A DNA stretch of 63,990 nt, the filler included, from Squatina squatina (lineage: Eukaryota): NCBI GenBank assembly GCA_031763465.1. It is 4 parts of 4 records of this genome, joined end to end, with 100 filler letters (N's around TTAATTAATTAA, not from the genome) between each part and the next. Parts side by side here need not be neighbours in the genome. Positions count along the whole stretch, not along the records: positions 1 to 17,028 come from JARFOE010000192.1; positions 17,129 to 32,797 come from JARFOE010000046.1; 2 more parts are not named here. One strand, given 5' to 3'. The position numbers and the translations under genes were made by a program. The notes beneath the pieces were generated by a model. That model searched no databases and was not told the origin of the DNA. It saw only the letters and a list, made by a program, of their open reading frames with translations. Below are positions 14,016 through 28,071 of this stretch, piece by piece. Position 1 is the first letter of the stretch; each line of letters begins with the position of its first letter.

Positions 14016-15845
14016 CTCCAACAGATCCACTAAATGTTGTTTGTTCAGCTTGTTTTGGTTCTGCTTTGCTTTGTTTATTTCAGCTCTGTTGAGTTGTTTT
14101 CTGTTTTCTTCAGTTTTTTTCTGCTGTGCTCTGTTCTGGCCTTGCAGATGCCATTGAGGCAATGAAAAAGGTATTGCATTTCCTTTACTTGGTTTAAAAC
14201 TTGTTTCTTGTTTTGCACTGACTCCTATCTTATCTTCATGGATGAAACAGGTCCTTGCATATTTCGCCTGCAAATCCCTATCTAAGTAAGATGGAATATT
14301 GTAGTTAACCAAACTGTCCTTCTGCTGTGCTCTCATTAATTTCTTTTACATATTGAAACTTGTGTGAAGTGACAAAAGCTACAACTGGTTCCTCTGCTGG
14401 CAGCATGTTGTCCAGCAGACACCTATGTTAGTAAGACACAAATGAAAAGGCTAAGAGAAACCTGGCCCTAGAGGATACAGTTTTCTAATGTCTGTTCAAT
14501 AAATTTGTACTGATGGTCTGATCAGTTCTTGTAGTTATTTTATTTTAGTACCTACCACTATAAATGTAATGCCAATAATGAGAGTTATAAACCATGCCAC
14601 TGGTTCTATTAGAGGCCTTCCTCTACATAAAAGGCAATATTTATTTATTTATCCATCAAACCTACATTGTCAAAGGCTGCAGTTATATTACAAGTATCAG
14701 TCTGAACTCAGTATCTGTAGAGCGCGAGGCTCAGACAGCAGACCCATGGTGCTTCAACTGTGACTTGTTCTGAACTTAGTGGCAAAGGAGTTCTGTGCTT
14801 ACATATCTGGATGCAGACACAGAGCTCTGCTTTTCAGGCAGCTAATATTTAATGCCATGAGAACGTGGTTGGAATGATTGCTTTCTCTTAATATTAAAAA
14901 CGTAGAAAAACAACTTTATAAAATTCCCAAGATGAATCACCTAGGCACTCTTGAAATTAACCTTTGCATTGAGCTGCAGTTACACGCAGTTAAATTCCAA
15001 GTAGTGTGAGACTACTAGCTCAATATGGTTTCATAATACTTGCTTGGCAGTCAGGTCACTGACCTGACGCGGGATTTAAACTGCTGCTTTCATGTCTGTG
15101 CATGCCCAAAACCACTTGGAATCAGTGTGAAAGTGGCAGGGTAACATCTGAGAAAATGGAAGAATGGAACACACCAGCTCTTCTAAAGGTAAAAGTTTAA
15201 AATTCTCGTCATTCCCTGAAAAGGTAGCATGAGTGATTTACTAAGAAATTATTTCTACTCAGTGGCTCTTTGTAATGTAGTCATACAGTTCTATAATAGT
15301 CTGGGAATCCTCAAAGTAGCAATATATAAATAGAGACAGCAAATTAGTAGTGACAGACGTGATTGGCAATGTTATAATGTCATGGTGTTGCTAATCGTGT
15401 CATGGCACCCTCATCTACATATAAGTGAGGCAGTGTCTTGCACGTTTTTCTTTCAGGGTCTACCCCTTTTAGATCTGACAGACATTACATTTGAAGAGAA
15501 GAAGAAAAAATGCCTACTTTAGCCAAGAAAGGCTCATTAAAATGTTGCTGGTAGAGGTCTAATAGACTATGCACAACACCTCACCATCTAGTAGTTGTAT
15601 GTGTGAGGATTATGACTGATACAGTGAAGGGTAACTGCTATCATTTCATATCCTACACTAACTGTTTTCAAAATTCACCTCCTTTAGCAATTCACCAGGG
15701 CCGTTCATTTTTTGACCAGATGTCTTCCTTTGAGTAATTTCACACCCAACCCTAACTACAGATCTACCTGCCCTTTATTGCCAAGTCATTGGAAATGTTT
15801 AAACTTTATGTGATTTGGTATTAACTTCTTTCTTTGTTCTTACAG

Positions 15846-15956
15846 CCGGATCCTGCTGGGAGAGATTTTGCAATCCGTCCATTGCTGGAGCACTGTGAAA
15901 ATACCAACATGAGTATTTGGTTGGGCATTGTATATGCATATAAAGGGCTTCTTATG
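15846..15956 (+). CDS. GABBR2: GABBR2 exon (ECL2/TM5)
   Basis: TTACAG acceptor and GTACGA donor. Encodes [37 protein letters not shown]. Confidence 0.97.
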
Positions 15957-16686
15957 GTACGAATTACACTGTTTTGATTTCAGAACAGTTTTTGGATGAA
16001 TCACACCAATTGTCTTACCCTACCAAATGTACAACTTTGCATTTTCTTTGATATTCTTCACTATGTTCGACCAAAGCCACCTGTTCAATCAGTGCCAGAG
16101 CCTCCGTGTCTTAGTCTTGATCCTATTCCCCTTCTTGGATGTTTACTCAGCTTTAATCCAGCAGTCAGTACTGAGGTTTAACCTCAATATTCTGCCCAAT
16201 CCAGTGCACTCTCAACTCTGTCCCCTTCAGAGTTTGTGGGGTCAACAGGAAAGCACCTCATTTATATTAGGCCAGTAAATGCCTGTGCCACCAAGAGCAT
16301 ATCTCTGGTGTCTGCCTGGCCATGCAGTCAAAAGATCCAGTGACTGCTCAACAGAGGCACCAACATGTGTTGTATAAGTAGCTCCGATTAAAATAATTCC
16401 AGGTTGGTATCATCCAATACCCAGTCACACTTTATTTGAGCACTGAAAGCTAACGGACTGAAGGTTATTCAGGATATCTTGACGTTATCATGTCACATGG
16501 AACTCACTTCGAAGTAATGGGGGAGGTATCCACAGCTGAGAATAGACATAAATACTGAGAAATTCAAACTTCAGTCTTTGTCTTCAATCATGTAGTTTAT
16601 CCAGAATATTGACATGGGTACATTTGACCAGGGTACCAATTTTTGCTTCACTTAGCTATTCCTTGAAAATCAGAGCTCTGAGGTAA

Positions 16687-17028
16687 GTGTCAACCGTGGC
16701 TCAGTGGTTGTACTCTCACTTCTGAGTCAGAAGGTCATGGGCTCAAGCCCCACTCCAGGGACCTGAACATAAAAGTCTAGGCTGACACACCAGTGTAGTA
16801 TTGAGGGAGTGCTGCATTGTCAGAGTTGTCATCTTTTGAATGAGACGTCAAACCGAGAACCTGCGTGCTCTCTCAAGTGGGTGTAAAAGATCTCATGGCA
16901 CTATTTCGGAGAAGAGCAGGGGAGTTATCCTCGGTGTCCTGGCCAATATTTATCCCTCATCCCTTATAGCAAAAACAGATTATCTGGTCATTATCACATT
17001 GGTGTTGTGGGAGCTTGCTGTGTGCCAA
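16687..17028 (+). mobile_element. tRNA-derived SacSINE1/DeuSINE-type SINE (cut by linker)
   Basis: A box TGGCTCAGTGG, B-box-like GGCTCAAGCCC, and body GGTGTCCTGGCCAATATTTATCCCTCA...GGGAGCTTGCTGTG. Similar to copies at 29768 and 56021. Confidence 0.85.
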
Positions 17029-17128
17029 NNNNNNNNNNNNNNNNNNNNNNNNNNNNNNNNNNNNNNNNNNNNTTAATTAATTAANNNNNNNNNNNNNNNN
17101 NNNNNNNNNNNNNNNNNNNNNNNNNNNN
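17029..17128. other. Artificial scaffold linker
   Basis: 44 N + TTAATTAATTAA (17073-17084, stops in all six frames) + 44 N. Confidence 0.93.
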
Positions 17129-17768
17129 GGCGCGCAGGTGCAGCAAGTAATTGGGGAGGCAAATGGAATTTTGGCCTTTATTTCAAGGTCAATGGAGTAT
17201 AAAAGTAGGAAAGTCTTGTACAGGGCTCTGGTGAGGCAGCTTTGGTCCCCTTATTTAAGGAAGGATATACTTGCATTCAAGGCAGTTCAGAGAAGGTTCA
17301 CGAGGTTAATTCCTGGGATGGAAGGTTCGTCTTATGAGGAAAGTTTGAGCAGGTTGGGCCTATACTCATTGGAGTNNNNNNNNNNGGTGATCTTATTGAA
17401 ACATATAAGATTCTGTGGTGCTTGACAGGGTAAATGCTGAAAGGATGTTTCCCCTCGTGGGTTAATCTAGAACGAGGGGGAATAGTCTAAGAATAAGGGA
17501 GTCGCCCATTTAAGACAGAGTTGAGGAGGAATTTCTACTCTCAGAGGGTTGTGAACCTTTGGAATTCTTTACCCCAGAGAGGTGTGGCGGCTGAGTCACT
17601 GAATATAATCAAGGCTGAGATAGACAGATTTTTGAGCAACAGGGGAGTCAAAGATTGTGGGGAACAGGGAGGAAAGTAGAGTTGAGGTCAAAATCAGATC
17701 AGCCATGATCTCTTTGAATGGCAGAGCAGGCTCGATCGACTCCTACTCCTATTTCTTATGTTCGTATT
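17129..17768 (+). mobile_element. CR1-clade LINE 3' fragment
   Basis: ANGILAFISR...WSPYLRKDI...VQRRFTRLIPGMEG, and a TTTCTTATGTTC tail. Confidence 0.93.
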
Positions 17769-18712
17769 GGGTTCTTATGTAGATGCATCTGTCTTCTAAA
17801 ATTCAACAGGATAAACAGAAGCACAAAGTAAAATAAAAAGAAAGGAACAGGTTGCCAACAATTTGAACGGGTTCTACTGCAATCTAAATCCCAACTGGAT
17901 AAATTAAAATGAACAGGGAGTGTGTGGTAGTTGTTAGCATTCAATTTGTTTTTGATCTCGCACGCAGGTTGGCTTTGGTACTGCAACCGGTTGGGATTGA
18001 ATAGATGCTTGGCAGAGAATAAAACTTGCCTGTCAAGTTCGCTAGTGCTAGACAGTTTAAACAGTGATGTGTCATTATAGCCAAGCTCATGTCTCTCCTT
18101 GTCTGCAGAGCATTCAAAGTATGCTGTAGAGGCATAGACCTTGAATAGGAAGATCTGTTGCCTGTGTACAGTATGTTACTGTCATGTGCATGGATTGCTA
18201 CAATATGATGCCTATAAATTGAGCTCCCTGGCTGCCATTACCACAATCTGGTGTCTTACAAGTGTGACAGTTGCCTTATTCGAGATCGGGTGCCGACAAG
18301 AAAGCTTCAAATCTGTTGTTGTTGCTCACTAGTTGTTGTTAGAGAATCCACCATCACATATTAAAATTATATGGGCAATAAAGTTCAAGGTTAGAAAATA
18401 TAATGACTGGAGATCTGTAAATATGTTGACTTAGAAATATCTGGCTGTTGAATATCTGGCTTAAGACTTTTACATTGACAATTATGAATGTTTAATGGTT
18501 GCTAAGGGGTATTTTTTTAAACTGCGCTTCCAAGAGTGTCCATAATGTTATTTTTCAATCATGTTGATGCTAATGTGAAATTATTTATGCTGTTTGCTGG
18601 CTGACATCATACACCACTTCGGTTAATCTGATTTACCCCTGATAAAGCCAGTTTCACACTTTTCAGGTGACTGAAAACCCCTGAAGGAGGGCATGCCTGG
18701 TGGAGAAAAATC

Positions 18713-18940
18713 AGCACAGAGGTGGACCTTTCGGCCCATTGTGCTTTTGAAAGAACTATTCAATTTGTTTCACTTCCCCATTCCTTCCCCAAAGCTGTGA
18801 AACATGTTTCCTTTTCAGGTATATATCAAGTACCCTTTTTGAAAGTTACTATTGAATCTGCTTCCACCGCTGTTTCAGACTGTGCATTCCAGATCTCAAC
18901 AACTCGCTGCATAAAAAGAGCTTCTCCTCATCTTCCCTCT
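18713..18940 (-). mobile_element. CR1-like 3' fragment
   Basis: Reverse-complement similarity to 3860-4070 (GAATCTGCTTCCACC...GTGCATTCCAGATC). Confidence 0.75.
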
Positions 18941-19057
18941 GGGTATAAGCTGAAGTGTCATCAAATATGTGTGGCTCCACCTGTCAGGAATTAACAGCCT
19001 TGCAACATTTGAAAAATGCCTAATGTCTCGCTTGTGCACAAAGAAAGCTCAATTTAA

Positions 19058-19203
19058 ACGTATAAAATTCTAACAGGACTGGACAGACTAGATACAGGGA
19101 GGATGTTCCTGATGGCAGGTGAGTCAAGAACCAGGGGTCACAGTCTAAGGATAAGGGGTAAGCCATTTAGGACTGAGATGAGGAGAAATTTCTTCACCCA
19201 GAG
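19058..19203 (+). mobile_element. CR1 ORF2 fragment
   Basis: GESRTRGHSLRIRGKPFRTEMRRNFFTQ. Confidence 0.9.
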
Positions 19204-19408
19204 NNNNNNNNNNNNNNNNNNNNNNNNNNNNNNNNNNNNNNNNNNNNNNNNNNNNNNNNNNNNNNNNNNNNNNNNNNNNNNNNNNNNNNNNNNNNNNNNN
19301 NNNCCCCCCGCCACCACCATTCAACACGATCATGGCTGATCTTTCAACTCAGTACCCCATATCTGCTTTTTCATGCAGCTCATCTCCTCTCCTTTTTTTC
19401 CTACATGA

Positions 19409-19567
19409 CGGGGGCATAGGTTTTGGCTTTGTAATACAGGTGGTGGCGAATCGGCAGCCCGTTTTACATCTCTTGTCCAATTTTATTTCCATTGACTTCA
19501 GATAAAATGAGCTGGCAACTCATTATCGCCCATTTTACACTCATCGTACAAGTTCAAGATCTACCCC
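19409..19567. mobile_element. Short MITE-like element
   Basis: Imperfect terminal inverted repeats (GGGGCATAGGTTTTGGCTT ... AAGTTCAAGATCTACCCC). Core GAATCGGCAGCCCGTTTTACATCT is shared with a copy at ~57634-57736. Confidence 0.55.
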
Positions 19568-22500
19568 ATGCTGTTCAGCGGAGCTGATCTTGGCCCTTCA
19601 CCAAGGGATGTTACGGAAAGGAAAAATGAAAGAGTTTCTGTGGCCAGCAGTGTGAAAGAGCTGAATAACATTAAAAAGATCTTCTTGAAATAGGTTAACA
19701 ATTTAAAATACTCAAAATACTATTTTGATAATTGAAGGAATATTCAATTACAAAGGCAATCTTTTTTCATGGACTCAACAATACTTGAGGCTTTTCATGT
19801 AACTCATAATCACTTTATGCCACATAGAACATCGCATTGAGTTAAAATTCTCAGTTTGAAGCACTGTTAAGAATATCTTACAATGAATCGTTTTAATGGA
19901 ACTGTGTAGAATTAAAAAGGTGTCGCAGCTTTAGAAATTGTTGCTCTGCAACAACTTCATTTTGCTTAAAGCCTTGTTCATGCAAATTGAGTATTAAATA
20001 AATACTCATTTGGTTTATGTAGCTCTGGGGAAACTAACAGGAAAGCAAGTTTTATAACTTATGTATATTTCAGAACATGTTGGCATTTTTAATGAGGTTC
20101 TTGAGTTGTATTTGCTGAACAATAGTTTGCTTGACCAGACTATGTGTGGCAATACACCATTGTCTTTATGCTCATCCGGGTATCTGACACATGGAAACCC
20201 ATCACTTAATGAGAGTTTCCTCCGCATTAGCACCCATAGGCACCCATGGGACAGAACCAATTACGTGGCTTAAAAGATGGCAGGCATTTGGGTGTAAGTG
20301 AATTCCACGCGTAATTTCAATGCACCCAGGTCTCCTCCATCTTTCATGTCAGTCTTTCAAAGCCTCTGTCCCAACAAATCTCCGCCCACAAAACTAGTCA
20401 GAGCCCCGACTCAAATGCGAGTATCCTCTAATTGTGTTTGTTTGGGGATTTCTCAACATTGCAACCAGATTTTCAGACGCAGCAGGAAACAAAGTTGTTT
20501 TTCTGGTCTATTAGTTGCAATTTTGGAGTTCAGTGAAGATGATGCTGTTGAGGTTTTGCAGAATTATTCAGATTAATTATGCAACAGGGCAGAAAAATAG
20601 CAAATGAAATTTAAGTGACAATTGTGCTTTGCATATCGGAAGAAAGAATAGGCAACATAGATTATACTGCAAAAGGGAACAGAATTAGCATAGGGAAACA
20701 TTGAAATGGCCTTCTCACCCTTATCTTTTTTGTTATGTTCTTAGGATTTCCTTAGCAACCATGCNNNNNNNNNNNNNNNNNNNNNNNNNNNNNNNNNNNN
20801 NNNNNNNNNNNNNNNNNNNNNNNNNNNNNNNNNNNNNNNNNNNNNNNNNNNNNNNNNNNNNNNNTGAGCAGTGACTGTGTATCCCACCACTGAACTGACC
20901 TGAGCAGTGAGCAGTAGCTGTGTGTGGGAGACATGCAGCTGGAAGCAATGAAGTGGTAGTTGGAAACACTTAAGTCAACTGAGGAATTAGGTGGGCTGTG
21001 AGGTTGGAAGCAAACTGTGGGCTGTGAGGTAGTTGGAAGCAAACAGTGGAATTTGCATGCTGATCACAAAAATCTCAGTTCAGTATGGGCCCTTTAACAT
21101 TAACGTTTGCACGTGCTTGAACACTCAAAATCTGAACTGGCTAATTGGAGGATTCAAGGCAAATTTTCAAAGAGTCCCACTTCTAACACGAAATTCAGCA
21201 CTTAGCGCTAGAAACGCCCAAATCACAAATTGGGCGCCCATCGAGATATATGACAGTCCCAGCGTGACAAGGTGAAATGTGTACAATTGCTAAGGCTCAT
21301 TCAGATCAGGTTCCAGGAGACCCAGAAAGAAGTGAATCTATCATTCTGTTGCAAGGATAAGTAAGTCAGATTTAGCAATGCAAGTTCAGGCAATACCATT
21401 GAAAGGGACAGTCTAAGTGGATTTAAGAAGCAATTACAAGTGTTTCTGGAGAGGAATTGAGGGATTTTATGAAAGGGTTGGGCAGATCTATAAAGAAAAA
21501 GGAGGATTTGTAGGGTCTATTCCGTCCTCCATTCCCAACAAAAATCTATTTCCTTTTCTTCCCCTCACACTTCAATTCTAAACCTGCCTTTTCTCTGTTA
21601 CAATCAGGATGCTCCAATATGTTTACAATGGTGTCATCTTCATGCCGGTGTCATTTTACCAGGCTGTGCTACACTGGAAGAATTTCTGAAACAGTAGAAG
21701 CTGTTGCAGTGATGAGTAATTCCTACTATTTTAATGCAGTAAATTATAGTAAATTTGTACAAGCCATTGCCTGCTCTGCAGGAAACAGATATTTTTACAT
21801 TTTTTTTTCCGGCTCATACTTCAGTAATTTCATGAAATTGTTATCGAAGTTTGACATTCTTTGAGTCATTGATTTGCTCAGAGGGGAACTGCATCATTGA
21901 CTATATTACTGTTCTTGTATCTCAAACACCTGTGTAGCCAGCTCTGCATTATTGTACCAAGGGCTGATGGAAGACACTGTTTATAGATGTTTCATCTACG
22001 CTCAGCACACTCCCATTTCTTTTATCGGTGCAGTTTTTTGTGAAAGATGGCTGACTATGCACTAAATGTGCATTTAAAACTACTCAAATAATTAAACTGA
22101 AGACTTTCAGGATGTCTCCAAGGTGAACTGATACTAACTTCAGTGATATAAAAACAGAAAATGCTGGAAATAATCAGCAGATCAGGCAGCATCTGTGGAG
22201 ANNNNNNNNNNNNNNNNNNNNNNNNNNNNNNNNNNNNNNNNNNNNNNNNNNNNNNNNNNNNNNNNNNNNNNNNNNNNNNNNNNNNNNNNNNNNNNNNNNN
22301 NATTAGGATAATGGCACACACCTGTTTAATTTTCAGCTTGCTCACTGTAATAACCGTAATCAAACTCAATAGTGGCCTTTTATGATCCTTCACTAACAAT
22401 TTGCAGGAGATATGTAATTGCATTAAAAATTTATTTTAAATGCTACAAAGTAGTGTTGCAGAAAACATTAAAAAAGATGGGTTTTCAATTTTGCAAGTTG

Positions 22501-23208
22501 CTGGCATATTTTTTTGACTAAATTTAATTAAAAAGTCTGAAATCAGAAGTTATGTTAGTCTATGAAAGTCAAACGTAATGGCTTCTTCCTTTCTTGTTTT
22601 ACCGAGTAGACAACGCAGTGGAACATGTAGAAGGAAATAAGGATCTTATTTGCTTAACATAATCTTTAATATTATACCTACCCACCACCAGGAAAGTGAG
22701 TTGTTCTGCCACCATTGTCCCTAATTAAATATTAAAGGTGGGTGAGAGGGAGGGAAATCGCTACAAAACCTTGTGATTGATTGTTTTTCTCCTTATCCAA
22801 AAACAGTTGGCTGGAAGACCTAACTTGTCAGGCTCAATTTGACTTAGCTAGTGGCATGCTCGTCACAGGGGGAATGGTTGTGAGCTCAATCTCCACACTA
22901 GGACTTGAGCGCATAAGCTGGACTGACATGAGGAATTGAGGAAGTGTGGTATTATCAGAGGCATTGGAGGGGATTTTGACTTTGTGGGGGATACTGCGAA
23001 ACAGGAGATATCAGATTGGTCGCTCATTTTACACCAGTGGAATGGAAAATGAGGTGAGGTTTTTAATGGGCTATCGATTTGATATCAACTGTTCTACATT
23101 ATTGCCAAATGTTTAAATTACCTCCAGTGAATTCACAATTTTGGACCAAGTCATCAGTTTGAGGCTCTGAGTGGAAGCTGGGTGCTACCCTATAGCGATG
23201 GATGCAAA

Positions 23209-23700
23209 GGGGGAGAAATTGCCCTGTGCCCCAATTGTGGGTGATAGCCTGCTTGGGGCAGTACTTCCTGCGCCTGGTGCGGAAGTCCCACCCCAGGTGT
23301 GGAAGTCCCGCCCCAGCTATGGAATTGGACTTATGCCCCTCAGAGGAAGTGAAGTGCAATCTCGCGCGCTCCAATTCCTCTTGGGGTGGGTCCAGTGGCG
23401 CTAATGGGGTGCAATTGGCAGTGCTGTGTGGATGCCATGCATAGTGCTGATGCGTTTCAATGCCCCTCCCTTCACTTAAAGGGGAGGGCTGCTGCGCACT
23501 CTGCGCAACCTCTGATGGCCTCCCCTAGGCCACCAGGGCAGGGTTTGTAGCCCAGCACCCAAAACGGAATGCCGGGCTGCACGATTGTGGACCAGACCAC
23601 GCAAGGGGGCAAGAATTTGGGCTGACCGGTGAATTGGCAAAACCAGCAAGATGGGGTTGCGGGGCGCTCGTGACTTTGCCTTTAAATTCCGCCCCGCGAG
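23209..23700. mobile_element. GC-rich interspersed repeat, probably a non-autonomous DNA element
   Basis: Abrupt GC/CpG-rich block starting GGGGGAGAAATT. Similar GC-rich blocks occur at ~5780-6163 and 60668-60946 (ending AATTTCGGCCCC). Family not identified. Confidence 0.45.
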
Positions 23701-25616
23701 NNNNNNNNNNNNNNNNNNNNNNNNNNNNNNNNNNNNNNNNNNNNNNNNNNNNNNNNNNNNNNNNNNNNNNNNNNNNNNNNNNNNNNNNNNNNNNNNNNNN
23801 GTCCATTTCAAAGGCGGTATGCCGCCATACTCTGACACACCGACTGCAAGATCCGGCCCATTTAGTGATCTTATTTTACGGTCTCAATAAAATATTTGTT
23901 GATAACTGTCATAATTTTAGGACAACAATGATTTGAAATCTTTTAATTTTAATTTTACTAAGTATCTGAGTTACTAGTTTGTCCCAGTATTGTAAAATAA
24001 GAGGAAGTTCTTGGTTAGGAATTGTAACTTAGGCATTGTCCCCCGAAGGAGTAATCATTGATAAAGGTGTTTTCCTTCTTTCAGCAACTGTGGAACTATT
24101 TAGTGGCAATCCATCTCTAAAACTCTGATTGCTCTTAGTGGATTCTTTCCATTAGTGGATCTCTTTCCAGAGACCACATGACAGACAGAGTCCAAGCAAC
24201 GTCTGACAAGAAATTTGTACTCAGAGTGAGTACTGACACCACTGTGTCAACCAATGAATTGGAGGCTTACGAGAATTATGGCGGGACATAAAGCATACAG
24301 AGTCTATTTGCTCAGCAAGCAGCAAAGAGAGCCTATTTAAAAACAAAGTCTGCAAGCAGAGTCTCCCAATAAAAGCAGGATTATTTCTCCAGCAAAATGC
24401 AGTAGGTGGAGGATAGTTGCATAACAAAAATTATGAGTGTAAAATCAATCCCAGCCACGTAAAGTAGTGTGGTCTGTAGGCCTGGTTGATGGGAGAATTA
24501 CCTGCTCATCTCCATTCTGGCCAGGACTTGTGGTGTTTCTATATACAGCCATTTATAAATCAGCACAGCCCCTTTCAGGAGGTTAAGTGACATANNNNNN
24601 NNNNNNNNNNNNNNNNNNNNNNNNNNNNNNNNNNNNNNNNNNNNNNNNNNNNNNNNNNNNNNNNNNNNNNNNNNNNNNNNNNNNNNNNNNNNNNGATTGA
24701 ATGGTGAAACAGGCTTGAGGTGATAAATGGCATAGTCCTGTTGCTGGGCTCCTGTTTCCTCCAGTCGCTGCATGTTAGCAGCCCCACCAACCCAGCAAGA
24801 GAATTTCCTCCATTCACTGCCTCTTTCAGAATGTGAAGCCAAAATTTGCTATCATTACAATGTCATGTAGCAACACGAGGGAATCACCCACCCTTGCCCC
24901 TCCCCCCAGATGATTGACAGCTTGATATCAGATGTCGCAATATTACTAATGAACAAGTTAACGCAGTCGTATGAAATTCCTTTTTTAACAGAGTTGTTGG
25001 TTAGCAAGCCCCTTTAAAATAAACACCTTTCACGTGAGCCCAGTAAAGTTGATATGGCTCAGGCCCATTTTAAGGCCTTAGTGAGAAAGGAGGTAACAAG
25101 ACAAAGAAAGAAAGAAACAGGGAATGAAGTTCACTACAATTGTCAGCAAGGCAACCAAGGCCCTCAGCTGGAAGTATACCATCCATAAAATCATTACTTA
25201 AGCTACTGTCTCTCTTGCCATTGCTTTCCACAACATTACCTCTTTCAGCCAGCATTCTAGCTATGAAGTCAACTGCTTAAAAGCTATGGGGGGACAGCGT
25301 TTTTCCCAGACGTACCTGTAAATATTTAAACCGCAGACAAATTTGCCTGAAAGAATGCTGGCTTTAAATATCTTGCTGCTTATATCACCCGCTAAGACAG
25401 AAAGACACAAGCTGAACTTCCCGGGGAAGATTTCCTGTCATCGCTACGCATTGGCAGCACTGCACAGATAGTCGGAATATTCCCTGGCATTTGGAAAGGA
25501 GGGCACTGAGAATGGGNNNNNNNNNNNNNNNNNNNNNNNNNNNNNNNNNNNNNNNNNNNNNNNNNNNNNNNNNNNNNNNNNNNNNNNNNNNNNNNNNNNN
25601 NNNNNNNNNNNNNNNN

Positions 25617-25800
25617 GCTTGATAGCACTGTCTATGACACCTTCCATCACTTTGCTGATGATTGAGAGTAGACTGATGGGGCAGTAATTGGCCAGATTGG
25701 ATTTGTCCTGCTTTTTGTGGATGGGGCGTACCTGGGCAGTTTTCCACATTGTTGGACAGATGCCAGTGTTGTAGCTGTACTGGAACAGCTTGGCTAGAGG
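25617..25800 (-). mobile_element. CR1/L2-group LINE RT fragment
   Basis: WKTAQVRPIHKKQDKSNLANYCPISLLSIISKVMEGVI. Confidence 0.88.
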
Positions 25801-26671
25801 CGCGACTTTCTCTCACTCATCTCTGAATTCTATAATCTGCCACATGAGTCATGTCATTATGTCCTAGAATAATAACTTCTGAGTTGCATTCTTTCTCCCA
25901 GAGATTGCATGGTTTCCTGGGGTATTATAGAGCCGATGCTGCTCACAGTAAACGTTTGCTCGCTGGTACTTTATATAGTGTGAACGCAGTCATTTAGTTC
26001 GGTATCTTGAGATTGCAGAAAACACAGCTCGTTTTCTCTCTGTCCCCATTGCATTCAATCCTGCTAACCTTATTGCATTCAGCAGAATATTCCTGTGGAA
26101 GTCTCCCTGTACAGATTGCATAATTGAGAATATTGACAAGCAAAATTGCAATAGTGCTCCCTTCAAGGCTACTGTACGTTTCGTTCATTTGTTTTTTTTT
26201 TGTCTGTGGAGCTGTGTAAGGACAAATTTTGTTATGAAACAACAAACATTTAATTTTATGTCTGCATTGTGGTTGCTCAGTAGAGTACTGCTTCCTACTG
26301 CTCCTGCTAAGGCAGAAATTACACTGGTTACAGGGCGCACAAATGCTTCAGTTACCTACAGGACGTCAGCAGCAGGTTGTGTTTCCGAGCCCAACATCAG
26401 GATTTGAGTATATGAGGGGTGATGCTGCGATCTTGCACTCCTAATAGGGAGCTCCCCTCACAGGGAGAACGGGGCAAAGAATCAGATTTGCAATGTTGTG
26501 GTTCTGTCTCTGACCTGAAAGTGCAGTGGGTATAGTAGAATAGAGGTAATGTTATACGACCAGCCTATACGAAGCCTATTTGTTCAGAGAAATTGAGTTC
26601 AAATCCCATGATAGCTGTTATGAGAATTTGAATACTTTTCAAAATCTGGAAGTAAAAAGTTGGCACCTGTA

Positions 26672-27250
26672 CTACTTCGTCAGCAGTCCCTCGGGGTCGA
26701 GGACGATTTGCTTTCACTGAAGAGTTGTGGGTTCTGAGGTGACTAAATAGTCCTATACTGGATCCACAAAATCTACCACAGGTAGGACAGGCAGTGTTTG
26801 ATGTGGCAAGTGGGTGGGATGCTTGCCTTCCGCTGCTTGTGCTTGGCCTCCACGTGCTCCTGCTGGTGAAGCTCGAAGTGGTTGGCGCCTTCGCGGAGGC
26901 TTCTCCTCCAGTTCGGCTGGTCTTGGGCCAGGAATTCCCATGAGTCGGTGGGGATGTTACATTTTTTCAGGGAGGCTTTGAGAGCATCCTTGTAGCGCTT
27001 TCTCTGCCCTCCTGGTAATCGCTTGCCGTGACAGAGCTCAGAGTACAGTGCTTGTTTCTGGAGTCTTGTCAGGCATGTGGACGATGTGACCCGCCCATCG
27101 CAGCAGATTGAGCGTGGTCAGTGCCTTGATGCTGGGGATGTTGGTCTGAGAGAGGATGCTGACATTGGTACACCTATCCTGCCAGTGGATTTGCAGGGTT
27201 TTGCAGAGGCAACGCTGGTGGTACTTCTCCAGTACTTTGAGGTGTCTGTT
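26672..27250 (-). mobile_element. RTE-clade LINE 3' end
   Basis: The - strand reads RHLKVLEKYHQRCLCKTLQIHWQDRCTNVSIL...LRWAGHI...KRYKDALKASLKKCNIPTDSWEFLAQD, a typical RTE ORF C-terminus. It abuts a SINE 5' fragment at ~26530-26665. Confidence 0.88.
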
Positions 27251-28071
27251 GTAACCGCTGCCTTAACCACATTATTAATTTCCAGTCTCTTGCTTAAAGG
27301 TTTGCTTAATAGTGAGAAGGTGGGAAGAGAAGCCATTGCTAGAGATGCTTAATCATCTTGATGCTTCAAATTAATTTACCTGCAATAGTTACAGTGAGTT
27401 ATAAAATCTCCTCCAATCATACAATTGTTGTATGCAAATCAACTATTTTAAGCTGACATGGGGTTTGGTCATCTTTTCTAGTGATACAGCTGGCTAATAT
27501 TCATCTCTACCCTGAGTCTAAAATTTGCATTATTACATTGAAACCGCAGGCAAGCTAACTGATTGCATATTTGTTATTCAAAAGAGTATTTCCAAGTAGG
27601 CTTAAAAAACAAAAAATCCAAAATCTTCAGCGCAAATACCCATATGCATCACAAATAAGTTATTAGTGTTCTATAGTGGAGATCTCGAGTGAGTGTGATT
27701 TGGTTACAATAATTTTACAGAGGAGTAGCTTCAAACATTTGTGCATTCTGTATCTAAAGTGTTCACTCAGGTCCCATTTCCTTGTCTATTGCTGTTTCCC
27801 ATCCTGGTTCTACAAATGTGAGCTAGCTGAGAAATAATGCTAACTTACATTGTGATACATGTTTCAGTTCTTTTTGTGAAGGGAGCTGTAAGAGGTAGCA
27901 CGCAATACAGTTATTGCCTCCTTGCCCGGAGTCTTGCTGTGCTTCCCCCGCAGCCCGATTGATCCTGCTACNNNNNNNNNNNNNNNNNNNNNNNNNNNNN
28001 NNNNNNNNNNNNNNNNNNNNNNNNNNNNNNNNNNNNNNNNNNNNNNNNNNNNNNNNNNNNNNNNNNNNNNN

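Noticed and set aside
13461-14157. Hydrophobic Cys/Phe/Val-rich ORFs resembling membrane proteins
   Set aside because: These are translations of the pentamer microsatellite.
16687-16760. tRNA genes (also at 29768, 51870, 56021, 63390)
   Set aside because: The A/B boxes belong to SINE heads that continue into a shared SINE body. No intact cloverleaf is evident.
17073-17084. TTAATTAATTAA as a piggyBac TSD or homeodomain site
   Set aside because: It is centred exactly within 44+44 Ns three times, so it is synthetic.
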